A program made the translations under genes and the position numbers. A DNA stretch of 61,333 nt, the filler included. It is 9 parts of 9 records of this genome, joined end to end, with 100 filler letters (N's around TTAATTAATTAA, not from the genome) between each part and the next. Parts side by side here need not be neighbours in the genome. Positions count along the whole stretch, not along the records: positions 57,700 to 61,333 come from SRR20825010_5672; 8 more parts are not named here. The stretch is one strand, 5' to 3'. This document shows positions 59,291 to 61,333 of this stretch, in pieces (positions within the stretch are counted from its first letter, which is position 1; each line of letters starts with the position of its first letter). Below the pieces are notes generated by a model. That model was not told the origin of the DNA, did not search any database, and saw only the letters and a list, made by a program, of their open reading frames with translations.

Positions 59291-60661
59291 TTACATCAAC
59301 TTGCGGCGTCGTGTCACGCGAATATCAAGGTCGGTGATCTTCTTGCGCAAAGTATTGCGATTGATGCCGAGCAGATCGGCGCATTTCGCCTGATTTCCGC
59401 CGGTTGCCTCCAATGCAATCTCGATCAACGGGGCCTCTACCTCGCGCAGGATGCGGCCATAAAGTCCAGGCGGCGGCAGCATCGCGCCGTGCAGATCAAA
59501 GTAGCGCCGCAGGTGGCGGCCCACGCTTTCGCCCAGCTTGTCACTGTCACCACCACGCAGCACGGGGCCGGTCTCGGGCTGGTTGCCAAGCACAGCCTCA
59601 ACCTCGGCGCGGGTGATTTCCTCAGCGCGGCTGGTCAGGCTAAGGCGGCGCACCGCGTTTTCCAACTGGCGCACATTGCCGGGCCAAGAATAGACCCGGA
59701 ACAGATCCGCCGCCCCCTCAGAAAGCCAGCGTTTCGGCGCGCCCTCACGTTCGGCGCGGTTCAGGAAATGTTCGGCCAGCAGCGGAATATCCTCGACCCG
59801 TTCCCGCAGACTGGGCACGGCAATCGCCGCTCCGTCCAGCCGGTAGAACAGATCCTGCCGCACCTTGCCATCTTCGATCAGCGATTGCGGATCATGCTGC
59901 GACGAGGCCAGAAACCGTGGCACATGATCGCCCGGCACATCCATCATGCGCACGATACGGGCCTGAATCTCATCGGAGATGTCGGCAATCTCATCAATCA
60001 ACAACGTGCCGCCCCGAACCCGCGCAAGCACCCGCGCCGGACCGTCCAGATCGGCCAGATCAGAGCTGTTGACCGTCACAAAAGGCAGCGTCCGCCGGTC
60101 GCTGAAATCATGCAATGCGCGGGCAATCAGCGATTTTCCGGTGCCGCTTTCGCCGGTGATCAGCACTGGCAGATCGGTGTTCATCACCCGCGCGACAAGG
60201 CGGTACAGCCCTTGCATGGCGGGCGTCTTGCCCACCAAAGGCAGTTCATCGGGTTCGTCGGCCCCCACCACCGGCTCTTCCCGCCGGGGGGCACGATTAC
60301 GGTTTTCCAGCGCCCGCGCGGTCCGCTTCATCAGATCGGGCAGGTCAAAAGGCTTGGGCAGGTAGTCATAGGCTTCGGCCTCTGCCGCCTGAATCGCCGT
60401 CATGATGGTGTTTTGCGCCGAAATCACGATCACCGGCAGACCGGGGCGGTCCTCGGCGATCTTGGGCAGCATTTCCAACCCATTGCCATCGGGCATGACC
60501 ACGTCGGAAATCACCACGTCGCCCTTGCCCTCGGCCACCCATCGCATCAGCGTCGTCAGGCTGGAGGTGGCGTGCACCTTGCATCCGGCGCGGGTCAGGG
60601 CCTGCGTCAGAACCGTGCGGATCGTGCGGTCATCATCCGCAACCAGAACTGTACCATCCAT
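59291..60661 (-). CDS. ntrC: Nitrogen regulation response regulator NtrC
   Basis: Receiver 'ADDD...DVVMP...KPF', 'GESGTGKS', 'WPGNVRQL' and Fis HTH '[10 protein letters not shown]'. Confidence 0.95.
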   Translation of the reverse strand: MDGTVLVADDDRTIRTVLTQALTRAGCKVHATSSLTTLMRWVAEGKGDVVISDVVMPDGNGLEMLPKIAEDRPGLPVIVISAQNTIMTAIQAAEAEAYDYLPKPFDLPDLMKRTARALENRNRAPRREEPVVGADEPDELPLVGKTPAMQGLYRLVARVMNTDLPVLITGESGTGKSLIARALHDFSDRRTLPFVTVNSSDLADLDGPARVLARVRGGTLLIDEIADISDEIQARIVRMMDVPGDHVPRFLASSQHDPQSLIEDGKVRQDLFYRLDGAAIAVPSLRERVEDIPLLAEHFLNRAEREGAPKRWLSEGAADLFRVYSWPGNVRQLENAVRRLSLTSRAEEITRAEVEAVLGNQPETGPVLRGGDSDKLGESVGRHLRRYFDLHGAMLPPPGLYGRILREVEAPLIEIALEATGGNQAKCADLLGINRNTLRKKITDLDIRVTRRRKLM

Positions 60662-61333
60662 TTATGTGCTCTCCTTTGGTGCCGCAGGTGCGCGCGGCAG
60701 CGATATGCGAAACACCGTCCGCCCCGGGACGCTGTCGACCGAAATCCACCCGTCGTGGTCGGAAATGATCTTGCTCACGAGGGCAAGGCCAAGGCCGGTG
60801 CCGTTTTCCTTGCCCGAGACAAAGGGATCAAAGATGTCGCCCTTGATGTCCGGCGGCAGGCCGGGTCCGTCGTCGATTATCTCGACCTGCAGCGGCAGGG
60901 TCTGACCCGATCCGTCAGCCCGGCGCAGGCGAAAGCTGTGCTCATAGAAGGTATGCAGGCGGATCGTGCCCCCCTCCCGTGGGTCTGCCGCCTCCGATGC
61001 GTTCTTGATCAGGTTCAGGATCACCTGCAAAAGCTGGTCAGGATCTCCCAGCGCCATGGGCAACGAGGGATCATAGTCCTCGATGATCTTCATGTGCGCG
61101 CCGAATCCCAGCAATGAGGAGCGGCGGGCGCGGTCCAGAACATCGTGAATGTTGACCTCGCGCCGTTCAGGGGCCGACAGGTTGCCGAACTGTTCAACCT
61201 GTTCCAGCAACTTAACGATGCGCCGAGTCTCGACCACGATAAGATCCGTTAATTCAAGATCTTCCGGAGACAAGCTCATACTGAGAAGCTGTGCGGCCCC
61301 GGCGATGCCCGCCAGCGGGTTCTTGATCTCATG
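60662..61333 (-). CDS. ntrB: Histidine kinase NtrB, 5'-truncated
   Basis: 'HEIKNPLAGI', 'NLIKNA', 'DDGPG' and 'GTGLGL'. Confidence 0.95.
   Translation of the reverse strand, partial: HEIKNPLAGIAGAAQLLSMSLSPEDLELTDLIVVETRRIVKLLEQVEQFGNLSAPERREVNIHDVLDRARRSSLLGFGAHMKIIEDYDPSLPMALGDPDQLLQVILNLIKNASEAADPREGGTIRLHTFYEHSFRLRRADGSGQTLPLQVEIIDDGPGLPPDIKGDIFDPFVSGKENGTGLGLALVSKIISDHDGWISVDSVPGRTVFRISLPRAPAAPKEST

Noticed and set aside
59165-61117. 650-aa plus-strand ORF
   Set aside because: Antisense shadow of ntrC/ntrB.

Overview
This window is not one locus. It is nine unrelated contigs joined by an artificial 100-nt spacer (44 N + TTAATTAATTAA + 44 N), so gene neighbourhoods hold only within a contig. 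Taxon labels are inferred from gene content and style. (1) 1-13073, alphaproteobacterial: hslVU, hisB-H-(GNAT)-A-F-E-HIT, two class III nucleotide cyclases (one CyaC-like membrane/2Fe-2S fusion) and a PfkB kinase. (2) 13174-17507: a sugar-type ABC operon containing a 696-aa ADP-ribosylglycohydrolase-family gene. (3) 17608-22715, Rhodobacteraceae-like: RNA methyltransferase, bacterial voltage-gated Na+ channel, L,D-transpeptidases, CAP protein and hemH. (4) 22816-36030, Marinobacter-like: tRNA end, dbpA, oadGAB, a LexA-boxed imuA-imuB-dnaE2 cassette and, 0.8 kb away, a LexA-boxed integron integrase with a probable attI at the contig end. (5) 36131-41730, AT-rich and Bacteroidota-like: arsR, flavin oxidoreductase, MFS, SigZ-type ECF sigma, 69-aa Cys-rich protein and PhzF. 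(6) 41831-45400: phosphotransferase, class III PLP enzyme and DeoR regulator. (7) 45501-54276: tRNA-Gly end, TetR/peroxiredoxin-like/GST block, slyX, acyl-CoA ligase and NAD-glutamate dehydrogenase. (8) 54377-57599: deoA-deoB-add-upp. (9) 57700-61333: ntrB-ntrC-ntrY. The best candidate for an undescribed system is contig 5, a cysteine-rich, probably metalloid/thiol-stress module. An ECF-promoter-like motif, TGC(G/A)TC-N15/16-CGTC(T/A), recurs three times there, upstream of arsR, the oxidoreductase and the small Cys-rich gene, which suggests a self-contained SigZ regulon.
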